Source: Lachnospiraceae bacterium
GTDB lineage: Bacteria; Bacillota_I; Bacilli_A; RFN20; CAG-826
Length of the DNA stretch: 64,000 bases
Reading direction: 5' to 3'
Assembly: GCA_963654425.1 (NCBI GenBank)
Contig: CAVKAR010000003.1
Coordinates: forward strand, 7,372 to 71,371
The notes beneath the pieces were generated by a model. It was not told the origin of the DNA. It did no database searches and saw only the letters and a program-made list of their open reading frames with translations. Made by a program: the position numbers and the translations under genes. Below are positions 47,630 through 57,532 of this stretch, in pieces; position 1 is the first letter of the stretch; every line of letters starts with the position of its first letter.

Positions 47630-49672
47630 ATATTCGTCATTGATCGGGTAGACAAAGTGTTCGGCAGCAAAGAGCGCGCCGTCAAAGCGCTGAGCGATGT
47701 TTCTTTTTCTACGCCTAATAACGGCTTATTTGTGATCATGGGGAAAAGCGGCAGCGGCAAAAGCACTCTGCTTAACCTTCTTTCGCTTTTGGAAAAGCCA
47801 AGCAAAGGGAGAATCCGCTTCGGCGGTCGCAATCTATCATCGCTTTCTGAAAAAGAAAAACTGTCTTTCAGAAATAGGGTCTGCGGGTTCGTCCATCAAA
47901 AATTCAATCTTCTTGATGATGAGAGCGTTTTCTACAATGTCGCCATCCCTTTGCTGATTAAAGGCGAGAAAAAAGCGAAAATCGGAAAAAAGGTCGCGGA
48001 TTTGTTGGAGAAATTCTCGTTAAGCAAGTTTAAGGACAAAAAAGTTTCTTTCCTTTCTGGCGGCGAAAAGCAACGTATCGCGATTATCCGCTCCATCATC
48101 AATGATCCAAAAGTTGTTTTTGCCGATGAACCTACTGGCGCCTTAGACGAAAGCAACAGCGTTAAGGTGATGGAGACGCTTAAAGAAATCGCCAAAGATA
48201 AGCTTGTGATCCTCGTCACTCATAGTGAGAGGCTCGCCAAAGAATACGCCGACTATCTTTTGGTGCTCAAAGACGGAAAAATAAACGAGAATACGGCTAG
48301 GAATGTCACGAGTAAGGCGAATCGTTTCGCCTTTCCGCGTTTCTTTCATCATGCGGGATGGAGAAAATCGCTCTTCAAAAGCCATTTATCCAAGGACAAG
48401 AAGAAAAACGCGCTTTCCTTTATCTCTTCTTCCCTCGCTTTCATATTTTTGCTCTGCTCAATCGGCTTCATCTTCGGAAGCAATGAGGCTCTCGAGCAGG
48501 AAAAGGAAAAAACGATGCTTTTATATAAAGGAGAAGTATCGAATCGCGAAACCTATTCCTTGGAGAATTCGCCATTATCCCTTTTGAAATCGACGAGACC
48601 AAACGAGGAAGAGCTTTTGCCTTTGCTCGGGGGCAATGTGAGCGTTCACAATGACTATTCGTATTTTTATCCGACAGTCGTCCCTTTTCTTTACGGCAAT
48701 CAGTCTTATAGCGCCTATTTCGAGCCGGTATTCGATGTGTCTTTGGAGGAATTCGGGAAGGATTTGCTAATAGATGGTACCCCCTTTGAGCATGGCGATT
48801 TTTCTTTTTGCTTTGTCAATGATGCCTTCAAAAATGAGTTTTCGGTTGATATTGGGGATCTTATCAGCGTGCCGATCGAAACCAATGTGAGCATCAATGG
48901 AACGAATAGCTTCGTGAAACTAAGCAACGACTTTTTTGTCTCTGGGATTGTTGGGGAATTCGGTTTCTTGAATTCTCCGCGTATTTATTATTCGTATATG
49001 GCAAGCGAAGGAAAACTCAAAAATACGATTGTCCCGGATTCGGGCACAAGCATTTTCGACCTTGTTGAAAACGCAAACGAGGACGAGGCTTATTCATCAT
49101 ATTCGTATTTGCTTTTTGCTCATAACGAGGAAGGGAAGAGGACATTGTTTTCCTTGTCTCAAGAATCGGAAAACGGCGGCGACGGGCTTTCTTTCTCTTC
49201 TTATGCATATACCTTGATTGCCACTTTCTCGTCTTTGCATGCCGCTTTAGGCAATGTGCTCGTCCCTTTTCTCGTCCTTGGTCTCTTCATTTCCGCTTTC
49301 AATAGCGGGGCCATTGCCTTTTCTTCTTTCTTGGAGCGGAAGAAAGAAGCGGCGATATTGACTTCTTTGGGTGCGCCTTTTTCCTCGATAATAGCACTTT
49401 ATGCCCACGAATCTCTTTTCATTGCCGTCTTATCAACTGCCTTTTCTTTGGTTGTTTCCCGCTTTTTGGAAAGCCCTCTCAATAAAATGCTCTATTCGCT
49501 TTCCTCGATTCCATCGCTCATCGAAATCCCGTTTTCCTCTTTTCTTGGCTATCCGTATCTATTGCCTGTTTTAGCGATTCTTTTAGCCTCTTTTTTGTCT
49601 ATTTTCGGAACGCTTTTTCCTATGCTTTTCTTCAAGCGAAGCGCACTTCTCCAGGAGCTTAACGATGAGTGA
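47630..49672 (+). CDS. MacB-type fused ABC protein 1 (NBD + TM1 + periplasmic-type domain + FtsX TM2-4)
   Basis: Walker A GKSGSGKST, LSGGEKQR, FADEPTGALD, VTHS, and a C-terminal FtsX-like 3-TM bundle. The track starts at GTG 47657, but the in-frame upstream codons encode IFVIDRVDK, the missing first beta-strand. The proposed start is ATA 47630, 8-9 nt after the SD. The 5' end is uncertain. Confidence 0.75.
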   Translation: MFVIDRVDKVFGSKERAVKALSDVSFSTPNNGLFVIMGKSGSGKSTLLNLLSLLEKPSKGRIRFGGRNLSSLSEKEKLSFRNRVCGFVHQKFNLLDDESVFYNVAIPLLIKGEKKAKIGKKVADLLEKFSLSKFKDKKVSFLSGGEKQRIAIIRSIINDPKVVFADEPTGALDESNSVKVMETLKEIAKDKLVILVTHSERLAKEYADYLLVLKDGKINENTARNVTSKANRFAFPRFFHHAGWRKSLFKSHLSKDKKKNALSFISSSLAFIFLLCSIGFIFGSNEALEQEKEKTMLLYKGEVSNRETYSLENSPLSLLKSTRPNEEELLPLLGGNVSVHNDYSYFYPTVVPFLYGNQSYSAYFEPVFDVSLEEFGKDLLIDGTPFEHGDFSFCFVNDAFKNEFSVDIGDLISVPIETNVSINGTNSFVKLSNDFFVSGIVGEFGFLNSPRIYYSYMASEGKLKNTIVPDSGTSIFDLVENANEDEAYSSYSYLLFAHNEEGKRTLFSLSQESENGGDGLSFSSYAYTLIATFSSLHAALGNVLVPFLVLGLFISAFNSGAIAFSSFLERKKEAAILTSLGAPFSSIIALYAHESLFIAVLSTAFSLVVSRFLESPLNKMLYSLSSIPSLIEIPFSSFLGYPYLLPVLAILLASFLSIFGTLFPMLFFKRSALLQELNDE

Positions 49673-52457
49673 TTTGCTTTCTTTCGATAACGTCGGAAAA
49701 CGATATGGGAAAAGAACGCTCTTCTCTTCCTTCTCTTTCGTTTTCCCTCCTAAAGGCCTCTATGCCTTTTTGGGGGAGAGCGGAAGCGGAAAAAGCACGC
49801 TTCTTGAAATGGTCGCGGGGATGGACGGGGAATACGATGGGGTGATATCCTTCAATGGGAAACCGCTCCCAAAAAGAAACGAGGCCCGTTTATCTTCTTA
49901 TCGGCTTTCGGAAATAGGCTTCATTCATCAAGGCTACGATTTGCTTGAATTAGAGACAACGTTATCGAATGTCGTTTTGCCTCTCATTGCAACTTCCGAT
50001 GAGAGCAAAGAGAAAATCAATAAGCGAGGGGAAGACCTTTTGACGGCTTTTTCGCTCAAGGGCAGGATAAAAAGCAGAGTGTGCACATGCAGCGGCGGCG
50101 AAAAACAACGCGTTGCTCTTTCTAGGGCCATAAGCTCAAAAACACGCATCCTCCTTGCTGACGAACCGACTGGGGCCCTTGATTCGAGGACAGCTGAGAG
50201 AGTGTATCAATATTTGCGGAAAATAGCGGAATCCATGCTTGTTGTTTTTGTTACGCACGATGAAGAAGCGGCTTATAAATACTCCGATGGCGTCTTTCTT
50301 CTTAAGCATGAGAAAATCAGTTTTGTTAAGCAAGAGGCAAAAGCGGAAGGCGAAAAAATCGCGGCTCTGCCCTTAACGAAGAGAAAAGAAGAAGCCTCTG
50401 TGCCATTTTCATATTGGCTGGCCCATGCCTTTCATCTGTCTTTGGCGAAAAAAAGAAGAAGTTTATTGTCCGTCATCATTCTTTCCCTGTCTTTATTCAG
50501 CCTAGGCACTTCCGTTTTTCTTTCTTTTGATGCGAATAGGGAAATCGAAGCGGCTTTTTCCTCCCTCATCGGAGAAAGTTCCATCGTGATGGAAAAAGAA
50601 GGCGATGCCAATTCGATCGAGAAGGCTTATGCGGCAACGGAAGATGATATTGATGCCATCATGGGGTTTGCCCCGGATGCAGTTTCAGGCTACGGGGTTA
50701 CCTATTTTGCTGATCTTCGTTCTTATTTCCCGGATTTCGATGCCGTTTACGCTCTATCTGGGAGCCACAAAGTCGAATTAGCTTCTTTTGGGGCAAACAC
50801 CCCAAATGATTTTTTGGCGCTTGAGGAAACAAATGATCTGTTCGTTTATCCATTCACTCCGGAAACGATGGAAGACGATCAGCTGATTTTGGGCTTGCCT
50901 TACAAAAATATGGCGCAGCTGTGTTTTGGCTTGCAGATTCTGCGCAATTATTCCTCTCTTGGCGCTTATTTGGAAAAGAATGAGATACAGATTCTTTTCG
51001 AGATCGCAAATGAGTCCTGGGCATATGAGGACTCTCAACTTTTCGATTTGATAGGCGTGGTGGAAAGCGAGAAACCGATGATTTATCACACGAATCATCT
51101 CTGGAATCAGTATTTTTATGAAACCCGCATGCGCTTCCCGACGACCGATGGCTCCGAGTATAAGTATCCTTGGGTAATGCAGAAAGTCTATTATCTTCGT
51201 TCATCATTGCCTATCGACGATTTTTATCATGAGATTCGCTTAAACCAGGCTTTTTCGTCTTTTTTATTCGAGAGACCCGATGAAAAATACAATTCGACAC
51301 TTTGCGACTATGGGACGAATTGCCGATTAAATCGATATTATGTGTATTTCGTGAAGCGGAATTCCTTTTCCATCAGGGAAATCGAGGAAATAAAGAAAAG
51401 ATACGGTCTCCCATCCTATCTTTTGCTTGGCGAGAATAGCTACGTAAGTTTCCCTTCTTCCTTGATGAGCGGATTCGCTTTCCCTTTTTACGCGAGTAAC
51501 GAAGTAGAGGTATTGTCGTCGTTAGTGGAATCGGTTTCCGTTGTTCCTATGGAAGCCAAAGATTTGTCGGTTCAATTGCCAACAGGTATCAAAGAAGGCT
51601 CTTATCGGCTTCCTTTTTCCAACTCGTTAACGCTTTCCTCATCGTCTTCAAAAATGATTTCCGGCCGTTTCCCTACTTCGATTGGCGAAGTCGCCCTCTC
51701 ATCGAAACTTTATAAGGAATGGGGGGAGCCAAGCATTGTTTATTGCGCTGGGATGATTGGGGAAGAAGAACGCGATGGCTATCTTGAGCGCGATTACCGT
51801 TTGGGCGCCTTGAAGGTCACGGGCGTGAGCGAGGGAAATAGCGATGTCTTTTTCGTTACCCCTTCTTGGAGCATTGATTTCTTTCGCAATGAATTGGGCA
51901 TGAGTTCCTTTTTGCTCGAGCCTACGCAGGTTATCTTCGAAATCGGGGAAGATAGTGGTTCCGAACTGATTGCGAAAATGAAAGCTGACTACCCTTCCTA
52001 TAGTTTCATCGACCCATCATCTTCCATTTCCTCTAGTACCGAAAATGTCATTTATTTCGTCAGGCTCGCCCTTACGTTTGCCTCCATTTCAAGTCTTGCC
52101 CTTTCCTTCCTGCTTTTGGTGACCGTTTCCGTGCTTTCGATAAGAGAGAACCGCAAAGAGGGCAAAATGCTGTTTGAGCTTGGCTTATCCAGGAAAGAGA
52201 TAATTCGAGCCTATTTTTCCTCTTCTCTGCTTCCGATTTCCGTCTCATCCGTTATCGCAATCGCTCTCGTTTCGCTTATCGAGTTTTTCATACATCAGAA
52301 AATAGCCGAGTCTTTTGGAGGGACGAATCTAGCGTTTCGCTTTTCCTTTTTGCCGCACATTGCCGTTTTTGGCGCTTCCTTAATTGCGACCATCAGCTTG
52401 TTTTTGGGTCTTCGTGGGTACCTATCAACTCGCGATTTCCGTAAGGAGGGGAGGTGA
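49665..52457 (+). CDS. MacB-type fused ABC protein 2 (930 aa) with a ~500-aa extracytoplasmic domain
   Basis: Walker A GESGSGKST, CSGGEKQR, LADEPTGALD, VTHD. TM1 is RRSLLSVIILSLSLFSLGTSVFLSF, followed by a long non-TM region and a C-terminal FtsX-like TMs. The ATG overlaps the upstream stop by 8 nt. Confidence 0.8.
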   Translation: MSDLLSFDNVGKRYGKRTLFSSFSFVFPPKGLYAFLGESGSGKSTLLEMVAGMDGEYDGVISFNGKPLPKRNEARLSSYRLSEIGFIHQGYDLLELETTLSNVVLPLIATSDESKEKINKRGEDLLTAFSLKGRIKSRVCTCSGGEKQRVALSRAISSKTRILLADEPTGALDSRTAERVYQYLRKIAESMLVVFVTHDEEAAYKYSDGVFLLKHEKISFVKQEAKAEGEKIAALPLTKRKEEASVPFSYWLAHAFHLSLAKKRRSLLSVIILSLSLFSLGTSVFLSFDANREIEAAFSSLIGESSIVMEKEGDANSIEKAYAATEDDIDAIMGFAPDAVSGYGVTYFADLRSYFPDFDAVYALSGSHKVELASFGANTPNDFLALEETNDLFVYPFTPETMEDDQLILGLPYKNMAQLCFGLQILRNYSSLGAYLEKNEIQILFEIANESWAYEDSQLFDLIGVVESEKPMIYHTNHLWNQYFYETRMRFPTTDGSEYKYPWVMQKVYYLRSSLPIDDFYHEIRLNQAFSSFLFERPDEKYNSTLCDYGTNCRLNRYYVYFVKRNSFSIREIEEIKKRYGLPSYLLLGENSYVSFPSSLMSGFAFPFYASNEVEVLSSLVESVSVVPMEAKDLSVQLPTGIKEGSYRLPFSNSLTLSSSSSKMISGRFPTSIGEVALSSKLYKEWGEPSIVYCAGMIGEEERDGYLERDYRLGALKVTGVSEGNSDVFFVTPSWSIDFFRNELGMSSFLLEPTQVIFEIGEDSGSELIAKMKADYPSYSFIDPSSSISSSTENVIYFVRLALTFASISSLALSFLLLVTVSVLSIRENRKEGKMLFELGLSRKEIIRAYFSSSLLPISVSSVIAIALVSLIEFFIHQKIAESFGGTNLAFRFSFLPHIAVFGASLIATISLFLGLRGYLSTRDFRKEGR

Positions 52458-52513
52458 TGTCCAGGTTGCTTCAAGCAAATTGCGAAAGTTTATTCACTAT
52501 TTTTAAAGCGGTG

Positions 52514-52522
52514 TGGTATATT
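52514..52522 (+). promoter_or_regulatory. Extended -10 promoter (TGGTATATT) of the cold-shock gene
   Basis: TG at 52514-15 and TATATT at 52517-22, about 45 nt upstream of the csp ATG. The leader contains the hairpin GTTCGTT/AACGAAC. Confidence 0.4.
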
Positions 52523-52569
52523 AATCGGCGGTAAGTTCGTTAGAACGAACCAGGAAGGTTAGGATTCTC

Positions 52570-52770
52570 ATGAAGGGAACTGTGAAGATGTTCAACAAGG
52601 AGAAGGGATATGGCTTCATCCACGGTGAAGACAACAAAGATTACTTCTTCCATTACAGTGAGTTGATCATGGACAACTTCAAGACTGCGGACCCAGGCGA
52701 ACACGTTGAGTTTGAGGTTCAAGAGTCGGAGCGTGGACCACGCGCCGCCAAAGTCAAGAAAGTTGACTAA
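52570..52770 (+). CDS. Cold-shock protein (CspA family)
   Basis: MKGTVKMFNKEKGYGFI...DYFFHYS carries the RNP1/RNP2-like motifs. Length 66 aa. Confidence 0.95.
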   Translation: MKGTVKMFNKEKGYGFIHGEDNKDYFFHYSELIMDNFKTADPGEHVEFEVQESERGPRAAKVKKVD

Positions 52771-52792
52771 TCGAGTTAGCGAAAGTTGATAT

Positions 52793-52819
52793 GCCTCGCC
52801 TAATGAGCGGGGCTTTTTG
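52793..52819 (+). terminator. Intrinsic terminator after csp
   Basis: GCCTCGC-ctaatga-GCGGGGC (one G-U pair) followed by TTTTT. Confidence 0.75.
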
Positions 52820-52868
52820 TTCCTTTTAGGAACACCAAATACTATAATCTATCCGCTAGAGGTGAATT

Positions 52869-53981
52869 ATGTCATTAAAAGCAGGAATCGTAGGTCTTCC
52901 TAACGTTGGGAAGAGCACCCTATTCAACGCGATCACGAATTCTCATGTTCTGGCTGAGAATTATCCTTTCGCGACCATCGATCCGAACACAGGAGTAGTC
53001 ATCGTCCCTGACGAAAGGCTTGATTATCTTACGAAGATGTGGGATCCGAAAAAGAAAGTGAATGCCACCTTCGAGTTTTATGACATCGCAGGTTTAGTGA
53101 AAGGCGCTTCAAAAGGCGAGGGCTTAGGCAATCAGTTTTTGGCCGCTATCCGCGAATGCGATGCGATTGTTGAAGTGGTGCGTTGCTTTGATTCCGAGCA
53201 AGTGCTCCGTTACAACGAAGACCCAGTCGACCCGGCTAATGACATCTCCACGATTAATCTCGAACTTGCGATGAGCGACTTGGCATCAGTCGAAAACAGG
53301 ATGGCCAAGCTAGAATCCAAAGCAAGAATCACCAAAGACAAAACAGCCATTTATGAGATGGCTATACTTTCCGCTTTAAAGGAAACGCTTAGCAATGGCG
53401 ACCCGGCGCGACTAGTGAAAGGATTAAGCAAAGAGCAACTCGCTTATGCGAAAAAGAATTTCTTTCTGCTTTCATTGAAACCAATACTTTATGTTGCGAA
53501 TGTCGCCGATAGCGATTACACCGATTTGGATCATTGCGCCTATTATCAAATCGTCAAGGACATCGCTAGAAAAGAGAACGCCGAATGCATCCCCGTATCT
53601 TGCGCGATCGAATACGAAATCAGCCAATTGCCGCTAGAGGAAAAGAAAGAATTCCTGGCCTCTTTAGGAGCTGAGGAATCTGGGCTCGACAAGTTAGTCA
53701 AATCCGCTTATAAGCTGCTTGATCTTTCGACTTTTTTCACGTGCGGCAAGGATGAGTGCCGGGCATGGACTTTCCATAATGGCATGCTCGCGCCGCAGTG
53801 CGCTGGCATTATCCACAGCGATTTCGAACGTGGGTTCATCAAAGCCGAGATATATGATTTCGAGTCTCTAAAAAAATATGGCAGCGAGGAAGCCGTTAAG
53901 GAAAACGGGAAATTGCGCAGCGAAGGAAAGGAATACGCGATGAAAGACGGCGATATCGTCTTCTTCCGTTTCAATGTTTGA
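52869..53981 (+). CDS. ychF: Redox-regulated ribosome-binding ATPase YchF
   Basis: [33 protein letters not shown], and a TGS-type C-terminus ([13 protein letters not shown]). Confidence 0.95.
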   Translation: MSLKAGIVGLPNVGKSTLFNAITNSHVLAENYPFATIDPNTGVVIVPDERLDYLTKMWDPKKKVNATFEFYDIAGLVKGASKGEGLGNQFLAAIRECDAIVEVVRCFDSEQVLRYNEDPVDPANDISTINLELAMSDLASVENRMAKLESKARITKDKTAIYEMAILSALKETLSNGDPARLVKGLSKEQLAYAKKNFFLLSLKPILYVANVADSDYTDLDHCAYYQIVKDIARKENAECIPVSCAIEYEISQLPLEEKKEFLASLGAEESGLDKLVKSAYKLLDLSTFFTCGKDECRAWTFHNGMLAPQCAGIIHSDFERGFIKAEIYDFESLKKYGSEEAVKENGKLRSEGKEYAMKDGDIVFFRFNV

Positions 53982-53983
53982 TC

Positions 53984-54463
53984 ATGGAATATCGAATTGG
54001 GCAAGGCGAAGACATTCACTTGACTTCATCCAAGAGAAAATTGATTCTCTCAGGCGTGGAAATCCCATCCCCGTTTGGTCTATTGGGCCATAGCGATGCG
54101 GATGTCGTCTTTCATGCCGTAAGCGATTCGTTGCTCGGAGCCCTTGCTCTAGGGGATATAGGATTCTATTTTCCGCCATCTGATTCTTCAATTGAAGGAA
54201 TCGACAGTGGAAAAATCGTCGCAAAATGCATGTCTTTGGTAAAAGAGAAGGGCTTTGCGGTGAACAATATTGACGTGATGATTTTCTGTGAAGCTCCGAA
54301 ATTATCGCCATATGTAACGAAAATGCGCGCAAAACTGGCCTCAATTCTTGAAATTGGTCAGGAATGCGTATCCATAAAATGCGGAACAAACGAAAAAGCC
54401 GACGCGGTCGGCAGAGGTGAAGCAATTCGCGCGACAAGCGTCGTCTTGTTAAAAAAGGAGTGA
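53984..54463 (+). CDS. ispF: 2-C-methyl-D-erythritol 2,4-cyclodiphosphate synthase IspF
   Basis: Start moved from TTG 53978 to ATG 53984 (MEYRIGQGEDIH). Motifs HSDADVVFHA and LGDIG. Confidence 0.9.
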   Translation: MEYRIGQGEDIHLTSSKRKLILSGVEIPSPFGLLGHSDADVVFHAVSDSLLGALALGDIGFYFPPSDSSIEGIDSGKIVAKCMSLVKEKGFAVNNIDVMIFCEAPKLSPYVTKMRAKLASILEIGQECVSIKCGTNEKADAVGRGEAIRATSVVLLKKE

Positions 54464-54466
54464 ATT

Positions 54467-56101
54467 ATGACTAGCGAAGAAACACTACGCAAAGCGCTAT
54501 TGGAGGCTGCGAATAAAAGCGGATTAGCCATCAAAGAGAGCGATATCGTAATCGAGAACACGAAGGATAGAGCGCATGGTGACTATGCCACGAATATGGC
54601 GATGCGCTTTGCTAGATTAAGCGGCAAAAAACCACTGGATTTAGCCAAACTCATCGAAAGCAATTTCGCTTGCGATGCTACCGAGCGTCTTGAAATCGCC
54701 GGTCCAGGATTCATCAATTTCTTCATGAAACACGAATCCTTAGGAGGCATCGTTTCGAAGATTCTGCACGATGGTGCCGATTACGGGCGTGGCGCTTATA
54801 ACGGGATCAAGGTCAACGTTGAATATGTTTCGGCCAATCCAACCGGAGATTTGCATTTGGGCCATACGCGTGGCGCCGCTTTAGGGGATGCCACCGCGAA
54901 TCTTTATTCGTTCGCAGGTTACGATGTGACTCGCGAATATTATCTCAACGACTGCGGGAACCAAGTTGCGCATCTAGGGCATTCTCTAGGTATCCGTTAC
55001 CGCGAATTATTCGGCAACAGCTTAGAGCAATTGGGCGATGATGATTATCATGGCGCCGATTTGATCGACATTGCCAAAGACATCAAAGAGAAATACGGTG
55101 ATAAGTATTTAGAGGATAACGAAGAGAGCCGCAAGTTCTTCATCCGCTATGGGATTGATACGGAATTCGGCAAAATTCAAAAGGATTTGAGCGATTTCCG
55201 CGTCCATTTCGATAAAATTTCCTATGAGTCCGATATACGTGGAGGAACGCGTATCGAAGACACGATCAAAGAGCTCGAGGAAAAAGGATACGTATATGTC
55301 CTCGACGGCGCGAAGTATCTAAAGACGACGGCCTTTTTGGATGACAAAGATCGCCCAATCGTGAAAAAAGACGGATCATACACCTACTTCATGCCCGATA
55401 TTTGCTATCACTACGACAAGATGAGCCGCGGTTACACCTTCCTTGTCGACATGTTGGGAGCCGATCACCATGGCTACATCAATCGCATGAAAAGCGCTTT
55501 GATGATGAAAGGATACTCTTCCGATGCCCTTAATTTCGAAATTTACCAAATCGTCAGAGTGTATAAAAATGGCGAAGAGGTGAAAATGAGCAAGCGAACT
55601 GGCAAAGCTATCACCCATCGCGAACTTGTGAATGACTGCGGGGTCGATGCGGTCCGTTATTTCTTCAGCGAGAAAGCGGGAAGCAGCCACCTCGATTTCA
55701 ATTACGATTTGGCGATGAGCAAGAGCAAAGACAACCCGGTTTATTATGCTCAATACGCACACGCTCGCTGCTATTCTTTGCTTTCATTGGGCAGCGATAT
55801 CGATCTTGATCCGACTTTGAAAGGCGTGAAAGAGAACGCAAAAGAGGCAGAATTGCTCAAACAGCTTGCGGAATTCCCTACGCTAGTGCAAAATGCCGCC
55901 AGTCTGCGCGCACCATATAAAATTGCCGGTTATATTCAGAAATTAGCCTCTCTTGTTCATGAATATTATGCCGCCACGAAGATTATTGAACGTGATGACA
56001 CTCTTGGCACAGGTGGAAGGCTAGCCATCATGAAAGCTGCGATGATCGTCTTAGAAAACAGCTTGTCATTGTTAGGCGTGAGCGCCCCGACGAAGATGTA
56101 G
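54467..56101 (+). CDS. argS: Arginine--tRNA ligase
   Basis: Class I HIGH-type motif SANPTGDLHLGH, a MSKR(T)G KMSK-like motif, and a DALR anticodon-binding C-terminus. Confidence 0.95.
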   Translation: MTSEETLRKALLEAANKSGLAIKESDIVIENTKDRAHGDYATNMAMRFARLSGKKPLDLAKLIESNFACDATERLEIAGPGFINFFMKHESLGGIVSKILHDGADYGRGAYNGIKVNVEYVSANPTGDLHLGHTRGAALGDATANLYSFAGYDVTREYYLNDCGNQVAHLGHSLGIRYRELFGNSLEQLGDDDYHGADLIDIAKDIKEKYGDKYLEDNEESRKFFIRYGIDTEFGKIQKDLSDFRVHFDKISYESDIRGGTRIEDTIKELEEKGYVYVLDGAKYLKTTAFLDDKDRPIVKKDGSYTYFMPDICYHYDKMSRGYTFLVDMLGADHHGYINRMKSALMMKGYSSDALNFEIYQIVRVYKNGEEVKMSKRTGKAITHRELVNDCGVDAVRYFFSEKAGSSHLDFNYDLAMSKSKDNPVYYAQYAHARCYSLLSLGSDIDLDPTLKGVKENAKEAELLKQLAEFPTLVQNAASLRAPYKIAGYIQKLASLVHEYYAATKIIERDDTLGTGGRLAIMKAAMIVLENSLSLLGVSAPTKM

Positions 56102-56184
56102 CTGAAAGAGGAGAAAAAAGAACGCAAATCGACCGATTTGCTAGTATGATATGTCTTGTTTAACCGAAGTTTAGGAGAAACGCT

Positions 56185-56598
56185 ATGAAATTAGATAAAA
56201 GCATGATTGAAAAAGCATATGAGGTTCTCGAGAAAAGCAATGGCAGTTTGACTTTTGCGGAACTTGCCGATAAAGTCGCTGAAGAGCTTGAAATGACTGA
56301 AGAAGAGAAAAAAGCTCGCTTAGGCAGCCTTTACACGTCTTTGTCTTTAAGCGGTAAATTTGTCACTTTGACCGACAATACCTGGGATTTGCGCTCTCGC
56401 CATACCTACGCCAAAGTCCACATCGATGTGAATGATGTCTATACTGAAGTGGAGGAAAGCGAAGAAGAGCCGGAGGAGGAAGGCGAAGAAGGCGAACTCA
56501 AAGAAGGCGAGGACGATTTGCTTACTGAAGACGAGGGAGAAGACGGCGAAAAGAAAATGTCCGAAGAAGAAATCGAATCCCTCGGGATCAATAAGTAG
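56185..56598 (+). CDS. rpoE: RNA polymerase delta subunit RpoE
   Basis: N-terminal HARE-HTH-type domain (AYEVLEKSNGSLTFAELADKV...LYTSLSLSGKFV...WDLR) and a long acidic tail (EESEEEPEEEGEEGE...). Confidence 0.85.
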   Translation: MKLDKSMIEKAYEVLEKSNGSLTFAELADKVAEELEMTEEEKKARLGSLYTSLSLSGKFVTLTDNTWDLRSRHTYAKVHIDVNDVYTEVEESEEEPEEEGEEGELKEGEDDLLTEDEGEDGEKKMSEEEIESLGINK

Positions 56599-56620
56599 CC
56601 AATCGCTTATCGAAACCATC

Positions 56621-56652
56621 AATCTCCATTCCTCGCGAGTGGAGATTTTTTT
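56621..56652 (+). terminator. Intrinsic terminator after rpoE
   Basis: AATCTCCA-ttcctcgcgag-TGGAGATT followed by TTTTT. Confidence 0.8.
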
Positions 56653-56739
56653 CATAAGGCAGACGAGATAAAGCCATTTTTCTTTTTGACGCTCTTTTAC
56701 AAACGGGGAAAAGAGTAGATAATATCGGAGAGGTTCAGC

Positions 56740-57519
56740 ATGTATCAAAAGGAATTAGAAGCAATGATCAAAGCGGCTTTAGACGCTGAGATCTGGATAA
56801 AAAAAGTTTATGCAGAGCAATTTGAAGTCGAGATAAAGAGCGACAACTCGCCAGTTACGTCAGCCGATAAAGGCGCTGATAAGCTCATTCGCGAGGAACT
56901 TCACGCGAAGTTTCCTTCATACGGCCTTCTTACCGAAGAAAGCAAAGACGATCCCTCACGCTTAGAAAAGGACTTTCTCTTCATTGTCGACCCTGTTGAT
57001 GGCACAAAGGATTTTGTCTCCAAAGATGATGAATTCTGCACAAATATAGCCCTCGCTTACAAAGGAGAAGCCGTTGTTGGGCTGATTAACATCCCGATGA
57101 AAAATGTCCTTTACTATGCAATCAAGGGGGAAGGGGCTTATAAACTAGAAAAAGGCAAAGCGCCTGTCCGCATCCATGTAAGCGATAAAACGAGCGACTT
57201 AACCGTATTCGTCTCCAGGAATTTCTGCAATGAAAAAGAATTGGCGGCCATAAAGGAAAACGAGAAGCGGATCTCGAAAGTCGTCCAACTCGGCGCTGCG
57301 CTGAAATTCTGCTATATCGCCGAAGGAAAAGGGGAGCTTTCCTTCCGAAAGAGCGCAAATACGAAGGAATGGGATGTTGCCGCCGGCGATGTGATTCTTT
57401 CGGAAGCGGGAGGTGTCATGCTTAAGCCTGATGGAAGCAAATACACCTATAATCGTGTTGATGTCTACAACCGAGAAGGCTACTTCTTATCCAACCGCAA
57501 GGACAATATCATCTTATAA
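56740..57519 (+). CDS. Inositol monophosphatase / CysQ-family phosphatase
   Basis: Motifs SPVTSADK, LTEE, VDPVDGT and WDVAAG. Confidence 0.8.
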   Translation: MYQKELEAMIKAALDAEIWIKKVYAEQFEVEIKSDNSPVTSADKGADKLIREELHAKFPSYGLLTEESKDDPSRLEKDFLFIVDPVDGTKDFVSKDDEFCTNIALAYKGEAVVGLINIPMKNVLYYAIKGEGAYKLEKGKAPVRIHVSDKTSDLTVFVSRNFCNEKELAAIKENEKRISKVVQLGAALKFCYIAEGKGELSFRKSANTKEWDVAAGDVILSEAGGVMLKPDGSKYTYNRVDVYNREGYFLSNRKDNIIL

Positions 57520-57532
57520 AGAGGGCATAAAA

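Noticed and set aside
53735-53752. parS-like and DnaA-box-like sequences. Examples: TTTTTCACGTGCGGCA in ychF (12/16 to TGTTTCACGTGAAACA), AACGTGAAAC at ~38020, and TTATCCACG at ~45419.
   Set aside because: These are only partial matches inside coding regions with no clustering. I saw no convincing parS or oriC in this window, even though mnmG-rsmG-parAB is present.
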